Below are positions 28,660-39,796 of a stretch of 64,000 bases of DNA, piece by piece (the first letter of the stretch is position 1; each line of letters opens with the position of its first letter). Where the stretch lies: NCBI GenBank assembly GCA_022827785.1, contig JAJEIM010000042.1:2924-66923 (forward strand), written 5' to 3'. Below the pieces are notes generated by a model. The model saw only the letters and a list, made by a program, of their open reading frames with translations, did no database searches and had not been told where the DNA came from. Source of the DNA: Acidimicrobiia bacterium. GTDB taxonomy: Bacteria; Actinomycetota; Acidimicrobiia; Spongiisociales; Spongiisociaceae. Both the position numbers and the translations under genes were made by a program.

Positions 28660-29022
28660 CTAGCTGAAGCTGTTGCCGCAACCGCACGACCGGGTTACGT
28701 TCGGGTTGTTGATGGCGAAACCCGCACCCATGAGGCCGTCCTGGTAGTCCAGGGTCGAACCGCGCAGCAGGTCCACGCTCTGGCGGTCAACCACCACGTT
28801 GAGACCGTCGAACTCCTCGATGACGTCGGCGTCGGACCTGTCGGAGTCGAAGAACATCTCGTACGAGAATCCGGAACACCCTCCGGGGCGGACGGCCATA
28901 CGCAGGGCCAGGGCAGGGTCGCCCTCGGAAACCAGCAACTCGCGTACCTTGGCGACCGCTCCATCGGTCAGCGTGACCGCCCGCATCGGTCGGCGCGAGG
29001 TGATGTTGACAAGCTGTTCCAT
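28660..29022 (-). CDS. HesB/IscA-family iron-sulfur cluster insertion protein (ErpA/SufA-like)
   Basis: C-terminal CGCGNSFS and internal GCSGFSY cysteine motifs. 120 aa from the internal ATG. Confidence 0.8.
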   Translation of the reverse strand: MEQLVNITSRRPMRAVTLTDGAVAKVRELLVSEGDPALALRMAVRPGGCSGFSYEMFFDSDRSDADVIEEFDGLNVVVDRQSVDLLRGSTLDYQDGLMGAGFAINNPNVTRSCGCGNSFS

Positions 29023-29256
29023 CCGGGCACTCCCCGATCGACCGTCCGGGCCATCCCGAGGAATTGGCCCGACGCGGGCATTATACAAGCGGTCGACAGC
29101 CAACCGCGGGCGAGGCGGCGCTGGCGGTCGAACCCGTGCGGCACATTTGCTGCTTCCGTGGTCCGGCCTGCCGAAGGCCGTGCGCAGCATGGCGTGTCGA
29201 GAACGACGTCATTGGCGATAAGGTGGGTCGATCCGACGGATGGCGCGGAGACGACC

Positions 29257-30396
29257 ATGCCACAAACCCTCACCGAAGACCGGATCATGGAGGCCCTACG
29301 AGGGGTGATGGACCCTGAACTCGGTTCGGATGTGGTCGATCTGGGGATGGTGCGCGAAGTGGTACTCGATGAGGGTGTCGTGACCATCGGACTGGCCCTG
29401 ACCATCGCCGAGTGTCCCATGCGGAGCCAGATCGAGAACGACACCGTCCGCAGGATCGAGGCGATCCCCGGGGTGCAGAGGGTGGAGGTCAAGACCCGGG
29501 CCATGACGAGGAAACAGCGCTCGGAGCTGATGGAAGTGGCCCGCCGCCGCGCCCGGGAGAACGCCGCACCCACCCGCGTTCCGCCCACCACCAGGACGAT
29601 CGCGGTCGGGAGCGGCAAGGGCGGCGTCGGCAAGAGCTCGGTCTCCGTCAACCTGGCCCTGGCGCTCGGCCGGATGGGATACCGGGTCGGGTTGCTCGAT
29701 GCCGACATCTGGGGATTCTCGATCCCCAGGATGGTGGGGACGGACGCCCGGATCGGAGCTGACCCGGACACCAAGCTCATGCAACCGGTCGAGGCCTACG
29801 GCATCAAGGTGGTGTCCACGGGCCTGATCATCGAATCTGAGGAGACTGCGCTCATGTGGCGGGGCTTGATGCTATCCAAAGCGCTGGAGCAGTTCCTGCA
29901 GCAGGTCGCCTGGGGGAAGCTCGACTACCTGGTCATCGATCTGCCTCCCGGCACGGGCGATGTCCAGATGGCCCTGTCCCGCCTGCTTCCCCAGTCGGAG
30001 ATGATCGTGGTGACCACCCCTTCCCTGACCGCTCAGAAGGTGGCGATCAGGGTGGCCGACATGGCGCGTCGCTCCGCGATGCCGGTGGTCGCGGTGATCG
30101 AGAACATGTCCTACTTCGAGACTCCGGACGGGCAGCGGTTCGAGCTGTTCGGTCGCGGAGGGGGTGAGGCGCTGGCTGACTCGCTCAACATCCCGCTCAT
30201 AGGAGAGATCCCCCTGGATCCGGCCCTGGGCGCCGGCGCCGACCGGGGCGAGCCGGTGGTGGTCGTCCGACCCGATGGTCCCGCGGCCCGGGTCTTCATG
30301 GAAGTGGCCGGAAGGCTGGTCGTCCTGGTCCCCCCGGCCGAAGCCGAGACCTGCACGGGCCGGATCGCCAAGCTGATGGCGGCGCTCACCTCGTAG
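29257..30396 (+). CDS. apbC: Iron-sulfur cluster carrier protein ApbC/Mrp (NBP35 family ATPase) with N-terminal DUF59/MIP18 domain
   Basis: Deviant Walker A GSGKGGVGKSSVSVNLA, and DADIWGFSIPRM. N-terminal domain (MEALRGVMDPELGSDVVDLGMV) typical of Mrp. Start at the ATG 29257 inside the long ORF 28624..30396. Confidence 0.88.
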   Translation: MPQTLTEDRIMEALRGVMDPELGSDVVDLGMVREVVLDEGVVTIGLALTIAECPMRSQIENDTVRRIEAIPGVQRVEVKTRAMTRKQRSELMEVARRRARENAAPTRVPPTTRTIAVGSGKGGVGKSSVSVNLALALGRMGYRVGLLDADIWGFSIPRMVGTDARIGADPDTKLMQPVEAYGIKVVSTGLIIESEETALMWRGLMLSKALEQFLQQVAWGKLDYLVIDLPPGTGDVQMALSRLLPQSEMIVVTTPSLTAQKVAIRVADMARRSAMPVVAVIENMSYFETPDGQRFELFGRGGGEALADSLNIPLIGEIPLDPALGAGADRGEPVVVVRPDGPAARVFMEVAGRLVVLVPPAEAETCTGRIAKLMAALTS

Positions 30397-30478
30397 GAGG
30401 ACGCTGCCCGTCCGATTTCCCGGCGTTCCCATCGGAGGAGATGCCCTGTTCGGCCCCGGTCGTGGCACAATTCCCGGC

Positions 30479-31612
30479 ATGCTCTACCTGGACCACGCCG
30501 CCTCCTCGCCTCTGCGACCCGAGGCATGGGCTGCCATGGAGCCCTTCCGTCACGACGTCTACGGCAATCCGTCGGGAAGTCATGGCGTTTCCCGGAGAGC
30601 CAAGAACGCACTCGAGGATTCCCGCGACCTGGCCGCATCGCTCATCAATGCCGAGCCGGGGGAGATCGTGTTCACGGGGGGCGGATCGGAGGCTGACAAC
30701 CTGGCCATCAAAGGCCGCGCACTCGCGGGTGGCCGCCTCGGCGCAATCGTCACGTCTCCCACGGAGCACGACGCCGTCCTCGGGAGCGCCGAGCACTGCA
30801 GGTCCTTCGGATCAGCGGTTACCTTCGCGAAGGTGACCGCGGAAGGGCTCGTCGACCCGGCCGAGGTCGCCTCCCACATAACCGGGGATACCGCGGTGGT
30901 CTCGATCATGATGGGCAACAACGAAACCGGCGTGCGGATGCCCGTCGAGGAGGTGGCGGCGGCAGTCAAGGACGCTTGCCCCGGGGTCGTCCTCCACACC
31001 GATGCCGTCCAGGGATATGTGTCCGAACGGGTGGATGTCGACGTCCTGGGTGTCGACCTGCTGTCTCTGGCAGCCCACAAGTTCGGGGGCCCCAAGGGCG
31101 TCGGCCTCCTCTATGTGCGGTCGGGGACTCCCCTTGCTCCCTTGGTCCATGGTGGCGGGCAGGAACTGGGCCGGCGCTCCGGCACCCACAACGTGATGGC
31201 CATCGTCGGAATGGCGGCGGCCATGGCGGCTCTCGAGGATGAGCGCGCTGCCTTCCGAGCCCGGGTCATGGGCGAGCGTGACGCTTTCGAAGCCACGATG
31301 GCCGAGCTGATCCCCGATCTGGTCGTAACCGGCGCGGGCGCGCCCCGGATGGTCCAGACCAGCCACGTTCGCATTCCCGGCGTTCGCAACGAGATGCTTC
31401 TGGTCCGGCTCGACCGCGCCGGGCTGGCCGCGTCCGCGGCATCCGCATGCCAATCGGGTGCGGCCACCGTTTCCCACGTACTCGAGGCGATGGGCATGAG
31501 TCCCGCTCTGGCCAGGGAGTGCCTCCGGTTCTCGTTCGGATGGTCGACTGCGGAGGGTGAAGGCGTATGCGCGGCCCGCCTGGTCGCCGGCGAGGCAGGC
31601 GCCCTGCGATGA
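30479..31612 (+). CDS. Cysteine desulfurase (IscS/NifS family, class V PLP)
   Basis: MLYLDHAASSPLRPEAW..., SLAAHKFGGPKG PLP-lysine region. Stop overlaps the mnmA ATG. Confidence 0.88.
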   Translation: MLYLDHAASSPLRPEAWAAMEPFRHDVYGNPSGSHGVSRRAKNALEDSRDLAASLINAEPGEIVFTGGGSEADNLAIKGRALAGGRLGAIVTSPTEHDAVLGSAEHCRSFGSAVTFAKVTAEGLVDPAEVASHITGDTAVVSIMMGNNETGVRMPVEEVAAAVKDACPGVVLHTDAVQGYVSERVDVDVLGVDLLSLAAHKFGGPKGVGLLYVRSGTPLAPLVHGGGQELGRRSGTHNVMAIVGMAAAMAALEDERAAFRARVMGERDAFEATMAELIPDLVVTGAGAPRMVQTSHVRIPGVRNEMLLVRLDRAGLAASAASACQSGAATVSHVLEAMGMSPALARECLRFSFGWSTAEGEGVCAARLVAGEAGALR

Positions 31613-32661
31613 GAGCGTTGGTAGCCATGTCGGGCGGGGTCGATTCCTCTGTTGCCGCCGCCTTGATGAAGGAGCAGGGCTGGGAGGTCATGGGGGTGAC
31701 CATGAAGCTCTGGCAGGGCCCGGACGGCGAGGCGCCCACCGCCGGATGCTGCACGGTTTCGGATGCCGAGGACGCCAGGCGAGTGGCCGCCCGGCTCGAC
31801 ATCCCCTACTACGTCTGGGACTACACCGAGGAGTTCATGTCCGGTGTGGTCGGGGGTTTTATCGACGATTACCTAACGGGCCGTACTCCCAATCCGTGCG
31901 TGGAGTGCAATCGAACGGTCAAGTTCTCGCGCCTCCTGGCTCATGCCGACGCCCTCGAATACGACTTGGTTGTAACCGGCCACTATGCCCGCATCACTTC
32001 GGACGGCGGGCGCTACCGCTTGTGGCGGGGAGTCGATCCCGGCAAGGACCAGTCGTACGTGCTCTCGATGCTGGGCCAGGCCCAGCTGGCCCGGCTCTGT
32101 TTCCCGGTCGGCGACCTGACGAAGGACCAGACCCGCCGGATGGCCGCCCGCCTCGGGCTCCGCACCGCTCACAAGCCCGACAGCCAGGACATCTGCTTCG
32201 TCGGGCAGGGAAACTACCGCGATTTCCTCGCCGGACAGGGCGTGGCGCCGGCGCAGGGCCCGATCATCCACCAGGACGGCCGGTTGCTCGGTGTCCATCA
32301 CGGCATCACCAACTTCACGATCGGCCAGCGCCGCGGCCTCGGGGTGGCCGTGGGCGAGCCCCTGTACGTGACCGACATCGATGCCGACTCCGGAATCGTG
32401 ACGGTGGGTGACCGGTCCGACCTGGGGGTGGACGAGGCAACGGTCGAGAATATGAGTTGGGTGGACCGGCCGGTCACAGGCGCCCTGCTGGCGCAGTACC
32501 GGGCCCACGGCCGGGCCGTTCCGGCCGAGGTTTCGCTGGAGGACGAGTTGACGACCGTCCGTTTCTCCGAGCCCCAGGAGGCGTTGGCGAGAGGACAGAC
32601 CCTGGCCCTCTACGTAGATGAAGAGGTGGTCGGTGGGGGAATCATCAGGACGACCACCTGA
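31609..32661 (+). CDS. mnmA: tRNA-specific 2-thiouridylase MnmA
   Basis: PP-loop VAMSGGVDSSVAA, CNRTVKF, DQSYVL. ATGA-coupled to the desulfurase gene. Confidence 0.9.
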   Translation: MRALVAMSGGVDSSVAAALMKEQGWEVMGVTMKLWQGPDGEAPTAGCCTVSDAEDARRVAARLDIPYYVWDYTEEFMSGVVGGFIDDYLTGRTPNPCVECNRTVKFSRLLAHADALEYDLVVTGHYARITSDGGRYRLWRGVDPGKDQSYVLSMLGQAQLARLCFPVGDLTKDQTRRMAARLGLRTAHKPDSQDICFVGQGNYRDFLAGQGVAPAQGPIIHQDGRLLGVHHGITNFTIGQRRGLGVAVGEPLYVTDIDADSGIVTVGDRSDLGVDEATVENMSWVDRPVTGALLAQYRAHGRAVPAEVSLEDELTTVRFSEPQEALARGQTLALYVDEEVVGGGIIRTTT

Positions 32662-32727
32662 CCTGCGCAGCGCGTCGAGAACCAGACCGACCACGGGGGA
32701 CCCGCGACAGCAAACGAACGCGCATAG

Positions 32728-34800
<2,073 letters not shown>

Positions 34801-35191
34801 CCGTTTCCTCCCGGTGTCCTGTACCCGAGAATCGTTCGTGTCCCGCTAGGCCCAGCCCGGACACGGCGACCCATCCGGAGACCCCTCGATTCCTCTCTAC
34901 GCATGGCTCTCTCCGCCGGATGAGTGTTGATTCGGCCAGGGGTAGCAGGTAACGTGTCACACCGCCGCTATATGTTGCCTATCGCCAAGCACCTACATCG
35001 GCCGAAGACCCAAGACCGATCGGAACGGCCGGTCCGGAGGGAACATACCGAGGCTTCATGGAGCGACCGTCGATTCCCGGCAGCCGGCCGGGCATGGCCG
35101 AACACGCTCCGAACCAGGAGGTGGTGGCGGGGGAGGGCCCGGCGGGCGAAGCCCGCTTTGCGCGATTTTCGCGTTCTGCCGGTCCAGGAAC

Positions 35192-35677
35192 CTAGAAGAC
35201 CCGGAACTCCCAGCTGTATCCGCCCTCGTCGGGAAGTCCGCTCAGCTTCCGCCAGTTCACCAGAACGGTGTGTGGTCCGGGCGTCCACAGGATGGTCGAG
35301 GAACGCGTCGGCGCCCACGAATGCACGCCGGTTCCCTCCACGAAACGTACCTCCGAGTCGGGCACCCGGAACCCGTCGATGTAGATGTCCACCCGGTAGC
35401 CGACCGGAACGTCCACCTCGACGGGCGTCTGGAGCGGTACCTGGCTGCCGGGCTGGGGCGAGATGCTCTCGAGCACGCGAGGTAGGGGCTCGCGACCCGT
35501 GTCCGGTGACCCGAACACGAACCCGATCACGACCACCAACACCGCCGCCAGTCCGAGCAACAGGAAAACGGCGAGGTAGCGCCGGTCGGTCAAGTCAGGC
35601 TCTCCACGGCAGGGGATTCTATGGGGTGGCTCACCTGTCGGGTCCGCCGCCGGGATCGTTGCCGTTCCGGGCGACAC
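35192..35677 (-). CDS. Hypothetical membrane-anchored protein
   Basis: 161 aa. TM YLAVFLLLGLAAVLVVVIGFVF, then a beta-rich region. No family recognised. Confidence 0.4.
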   Translation of the reverse strand: MSPGTATIPAADPTGEPPHRIPCRGEPDLTDRRYLAVFLLLGLAAVLVVVIGFVFGSPDTGREPLPRVLESISPQPGSQVPLQTPVEVDVPVGYRVDIYIDGFRVPDSEVRFVEGTGVHSWAPTRSSTILWTPGPHTVLVNWRKLSGLPDEGGYSWEFRVF

Positions 35678-35722
35678 GTGGGCCGGAGTGGGTTGTCATG
35701 GCCATGACGCTACCCTGATCCC

Positions 35723-36862
35723 GTGCGTGTCAATCCGGTGCTGGACCAGATCGGCTCCCACGCCATTACGGCCATACAGGACCGGGCCCGCCACCTCCGC
35801 GAGGCCGGCAGGCCGCTGGTCGACTTCTCGATCGGCGATCCGCGCGAACCGACCCCTGCATTCATCCCGGAGGCGCTCAAGAGAGCCGTTCCGAGAGTGT
35901 CGCAGTACCCGACGGTCATGGGCTTGCCCGCCCTGCGCCGGGCTATCGCCGGCTACATAGGCCGGCGCTTCGGCCTGGAGGTCGATCCTGACACCCAGGT
36001 GTTACCTACCACCGGCTCCAAGGAGTCCATCTTCTCCACTGCGCTGGCGTTCGTGGATCGTGACCGGGGCGACGGGGTGGTGTGGCCCACTCCCGGCTAT
36101 CCCATCTACGAGCGGGGGGCTCGCCTGGCCGGTGCGTTGCCGCTCCCTGTCCGCCTGCCGGGCGACTTCCTGTTCCGCGCCTCGGATGTCGCGGACCGAT
36201 CCTGGGAGCAGGCGCGCATGTTGTGGCTGAACAGCCCCCACAATCCCGCCGGCGTGGTCAGTCCGCTCGACGAGTTGGCCCGGTTCAGGGAACGGGCGCA
36301 GCGTCACGAAGTTCTCTTGTGCTCCGACGAGTGCTACGTGGATCTCTACGACCACGATCCGCCCGCCTCCCTTCTCCAGACGGGTGGCACGGAGGGAGTA
36401 CTCGTCTATCTGAGCCTTTCCAAGCGGAGCGGCATGACCGGCTACCGGAGCGGAGCGATCGTGGGGGACGAGCGGGCGATCGCCGTCCTCAAGTCCCTCC
36501 GCACCGGGACGGGCACGGCCCCTCCCGAGTTCACCCAGGCCGCCGCCATCGCCGCCTGGAATGACGATTCCCATGTCGAGCAACGCCGTAACCTGTTCCG
36601 GCGTAAGCGGGAGATCATCTCCCAAGGGTTCGCGGCACTCGGGTACCGCACGATCGGCTCGGAGGCGGGCTTGTATATCTGGTTGAAGGTGAAGGATGAT
36701 GTGGCCATAACCGAGCGGTTGCTGGAACACGGTGTGGTGGTGTCGCCCGGTCGCGTGTTCGGGCCCGGTGGCGAAGGGCATATACGCTTGGCGCTGGTAC
36801 CTAACCTGGACGAGTGCGAGCAGGCGATCGACGTGGTCAGAATCTGCCTGGGTGAAGCATGA
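35723..36862 (+). CDS. Class I/II aminotransferase (N-succinyl-diaminopimelate aminotransferase DapC-like)
   Basis: PLP aminotransferase fold (LSLSKRSGMTGYRSGAIVGD contains the PLP-lysine). Adjacent and overlapping the dapE-like gene. Confidence 0.75.
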   Translation: MRVNPVLDQIGSHAITAIQDRARHLREAGRPLVDFSIGDPREPTPAFIPEALKRAVPRVSQYPTVMGLPALRRAIAGYIGRRFGLEVDPDTQVLPTTGSKESIFSTALAFVDRDRGDGVVWPTPGYPIYERGARLAGALPLPVRLPGDFLFRASDVADRSWEQARMLWLNSPHNPAGVVSPLDELARFRERAQRHEVLLCSDECYVDLYDHDPPASLLQTGGTEGVLVYLSLSKRSGMTGYRSGAIVGDERAIAVLKSLRTGTGTAPPEFTQAAAIAAWNDDSHVEQRRNLFRRKREIISQGFAALGYRTIGSEAGLYIWLKVKDDVAITERLLEHGVVVSPGRVFGPGGEGHIRLALVPNLDECEQAIDVVRICLGEA

Positions 36863-37923
36863 CGCTGGTCGACACCCTGGCCTGGCTGGTTGACATCCCG
36901 TCGCCGACCGGGCGTGAAGGTCGGTTATGCGAAGCCCTTTCGGCCCGGCTTGGCTCGACCTATCCGAGGGAGCGCCTCCGGCGCATCGGTAAGAGCCTGG
37001 TAGTGGGCGCCGGCACCGGTCGCCCTCTCATCCTGTTGGTGGGTCACATCGATACCGTTCCATCCCAGGGCCAGGGCCCGGCTCGGGTTGACGGAGGCCG
37101 GATGTTCGGGCTCGGAACGTCGGACATGAAGTCGGGCGTCGCGGTAATGGTCCACCTGCTCGAGGAGGAGGCGGTCCGGGAGGGCCCCTTGGATGTGGTG
37201 GGTGTGTTCTACGACGCCGAGGAGGGTCCCTACGCCGAGAACGGCCTCGAGCCGGTCCTGCAGGAGATGTCATGGCTGCGAGAGGCGGAATTCGCAGTTG
37301 TGCTCGAGCCTTCGGACCTCGAGCTCCAGCTCGGTTGTCAAGGCACCGCGAACGCCACCGTCCGGTTCGAGGGCAGGGCCGCCCACAGCGCCCGCCCCTG
37401 GCTGGGTGAGAACGCCATCACCAAAGCAGGCGCGTGGCTGGCCGATCTCCACGAGCGGCAGCCGGAGGAGCATGTGGTGGCGGGCCTTTCCTTCTACGAG
37501 GTGTTCTCGGTGACCCAGGCCACCGCAGGGATTGCGCGCAATGTGATCCCCGGAAGCTTCGACCTCCACCTCAACTACCGTTTCCCGCCCGACGTCACGC
37601 CTGACGCAGCGCGAGAGCGGCTCTCCGAGATCGCCGCCCCGGCGGATGCGGTGGAGATTCACGAGATCGTTCCCGGTGCCCCGGTCCCGGAAGGCAATCC
37701 GTACCTCGACCGTCTGATCCGGGCCACCGGAGCACTCATCACTCCCAAGCAGGCCTGGACCGATGTGGCCCGACTGGCGCGCTACGGGATCCCGGCGGTC
37801 AACTACGGGCCGGGTGAGGTCGCCCAGGCCCACCAAGCCGCGGAGAGCGTGCCGATCGCCAACCTGGACCCGGCGTATCAAGCCCTGCTCGGCTTCCTGA
37901 CCGAGACACCGGCGCCAGGCTGA
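36859..37923 (+). CDS. dapE: Succinyl-diaminopimelate desuccinylase-like M20 metallohydrolase
   Basis: LVGHIDTVP and GTSDMKSG metal-binding motifs. 354 aa. Confidence 0.75.
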   Translation: MTLVDTLAWLVDIPSPTGREGRLCEALSARLGSTYPRERLRRIGKSLVVGAGTGRPLILLVGHIDTVPSQGQGPARVDGGRMFGLGTSDMKSGVAVMVHLLEEEAVREGPLDVVGVFYDAEEGPYAENGLEPVLQEMSWLREAEFAVVLEPSDLELQLGCQGTANATVRFEGRAAHSARPWLGENAITKAGAWLADLHERQPEEHVVAGLSFYEVFSVTQATAGIARNVIPGSFDLHLNYRFPPDVTPDAARERLSEIAAPADAVEIHEIVPGAPVPEGNPYLDRLIRATGALITPKQAWTDVARLARYGIPAVNYGPGEVAQAHQAAESVPIANLDPAYQALLGFLTETPAPG

Positions 37924-37992
37924 TGGCCTCGCGCTCCACCGGCGTTCCATGTCCCGACTGCCGCTACCTGACCGTGGTCTGCCCGCTACCGG

Positions 37993-38310
37993 GTGCCGGT
38001 TAACCTCCCGTCCGTGACCGTGGAGATCAACATTTCCCATGTGGCGCGCCTGGCGCGTCTGGAGCTGTCGGATGAGGAGTTGGGCACTTACGGGCGCCAG
38101 TGCCGGGAACTGCTCGAGCATGTGGCTCGCATCCAGGCTGTGGATACCGAGGGTGTGGAGCCCACCTCCCATCCCTTCCCGATGACCAACCGCTTTCGCG
38201 AGGATCGAGTCACCCCCGAGACCGTGCTGGGCCGCGAGGAGGTGCTGGCCCGGGCCCCGGACACCGAAGGCCCTTTCTTCCGGGTGCCGCCGGCCATCGA
38301 GGAGGCCTGA
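37993..38310 (+). CDS. gatC: Asp/Glu-tRNA amidotransferase subunit C
   Basis: ISHVARLARLELSDEEL... typical GatC. Followed directly by gatA and gatB. Confidence 0.85.
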   Translation: MPVNLPSVTVEINISHVARLARLELSDEELGTYGRQCRELLEHVARIQAVDTEGVEPTSHPFPMTNRFREDRVTPETVLGREEVLARAPDTEGPFFRVPPAIEEA

Positions 38311-38311
38311 G

Positions 38312-39796
38312 GTGCCTTTCACCACGATCGCGGGGGCGGCCCGCGCCCTCCGGGACGGGCGGGTCACTTCCGTGGCGCTAGCCGAGCAGGTCCTGGAGCG
38401 CACCTCGATGGTCGAGGCCCAGCTCCACGCCTACCTGACGCTCGACACGGACGGCCTGATGGAAGCCGCCGCCCGGGCCGACGAGGACTTGGCGGCCCGG
38501 AAGGATCACGGCCCGCTCCACGGTATCCCGATCGCGGTCAAGGACAACATGACCACCCGCCACATGGAGACCACCGCCGGCTCGAGGATCCTGTCCGGCT
38601 ACGTCCCTCCGTACGATGCCACGGCGGTCCGGCGCCTCCGGGATGCCGGCGCGCTCATTGCGGGCAAGACCAACCTCGACGAGTTCGCCATGGGGTCCTC
38701 CACCGAGAACTCCGCCTTCGGGCCCACCCGCAACCCCTGGAACACCGACCGGGTTCCGGGCGGTTCATCGGGCGGGAGCGCGGCGGCGGTGGCGGCCGGG
38801 ATGGCTCTGGGCGGCCTGGGTTCCGACACGGGTGGTTCGATCCGCCAGCCCGCCTCGCTGTGCGGAGTGGTCGGGGCCAAGCCCACCTACGGAGCGGTCA
38901 GCCGCTACGGGCTGATCGCCTTCGCGTCCTCGCTCGACCAGATCGGTCCCATCACCCACCGGGTCGAGGATGCCGCGCTCCTGCTCGACGCCATTAGTGG
39001 CCACGATCCCCTCGATTCCACCTCCTATCCGGGCGCGATCGAGGCCGCCGGGGCCCGGCTGGACTGGGGTCTGGACGGGATCCGCGTGGGTGTGGTCCGC
39101 CGGTTGGGTGGCGCCGAGGCGGTGGAGCCCGATGTCGAAGCGGCCTTCGACTGCACGCTGGCGGCCATGGAGGCTGCCGGCGCCACCACTCTGGAGGTCG
39201 ATCTCCCATCCACCGAGCAGGGCCTCTCCGCCTACTACCTGATCGCTCCGGCCGAGTGCTCCGCCAACCTGGCCCGCTTCGACGGGGTCCGGTACGGGCT
39301 CCGGGTCGACGGCGCCACCACCGAGCAGATGATGTCCCGTTCCCGCGCCGACGGGTTCGGCGCCGAGGTCACCCGCCGGGTGCTGCTGGGCACGTTCGCC
39401 CTGTCGGCCGGTTATCACGAGGCGTTCTACGGCCAGGCCCAGAAGGTGCGCACCCTGATCCGCGAGGACTTTGCCCGCGCCTACCGGCAGTGCGACGTGC
39501 TGGTCTCGCCCACCAGCGCCACCACCGCCTTCCCGCTGGGTGACCGGACCGATGATCCTCTGTCGATGTATGTGAGTGATGTCTTCACGATCCCGTCCAA
39601 TTTGGCAGGGCATCCGGCCATCAGCGTCCCGATCGGCCTGGACCGTCACGACCTTCCCATCGGTTTCCAGGTGATGGCCCCCGCCCTGGCGGAGGCCGTC
39701 ATGTTCCAGGTGGCGGCCGCCGTGGAGTCTCTCGCCGGCTTCGACACCACCGTTCCGTTCGACCCCGCGTACGGGCTGAGAGGTGGGGTCCGGTGA
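38312..39796 (+). CDS. gatA: Asp/Glu-tRNA amidotransferase subunit A (amidase)
   Basis: Amidase signature GGSSGGSAAAVAAG, 494 aa. Confidence 0.93.
   Translation: MPFTTIAGAARALRDGRVTSVALAEQVLERTSMVEAQLHAYLTLDTDGLMEAAARADEDLAARKDHGPLHGIPIAVKDNMTTRHMETTAGSRILSGYVPPYDATAVRRLRDAGALIAGKTNLDEFAMGSSTENSAFGPTRNPWNTDRVPGGSSGGSAAAVAAGMALGGLGSDTGGSIRQPASLCGVVGAKPTYGAVSRYGLIAFASSLDQIGPITHRVEDAALLLDAISGHDPLDSTSYPGAIEAAGARLDWGLDGIRVGVVRRLGGAEAVEPDVEAAFDCTLAAMEAAGATTLEVDLPSTEQGLSAYYLIAPAECSANLARFDGVRYGLRVDGATTEQMMSRSRADGFGAEVTRRVLLGTFALSAGYHEAFYGQAQKVRTLIREDFARAYRQCDVLVSPTSATTAFPLGDRTDDPLSMYVSDVFTIPSNLAGHPAISVPIGLDRHDLPIGFQVMAPALAEAVMFQVAAAVESLAGFDTTVPFDPAYGLRGGVR

Noticed and set aside
28624-29256. N-terminal 210-aa extension of the apbC/mrp ORF
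   Set aside because: Overlaps the minus-strand iscA-like gene. Mrp homology begins at the internal ATG 29257.
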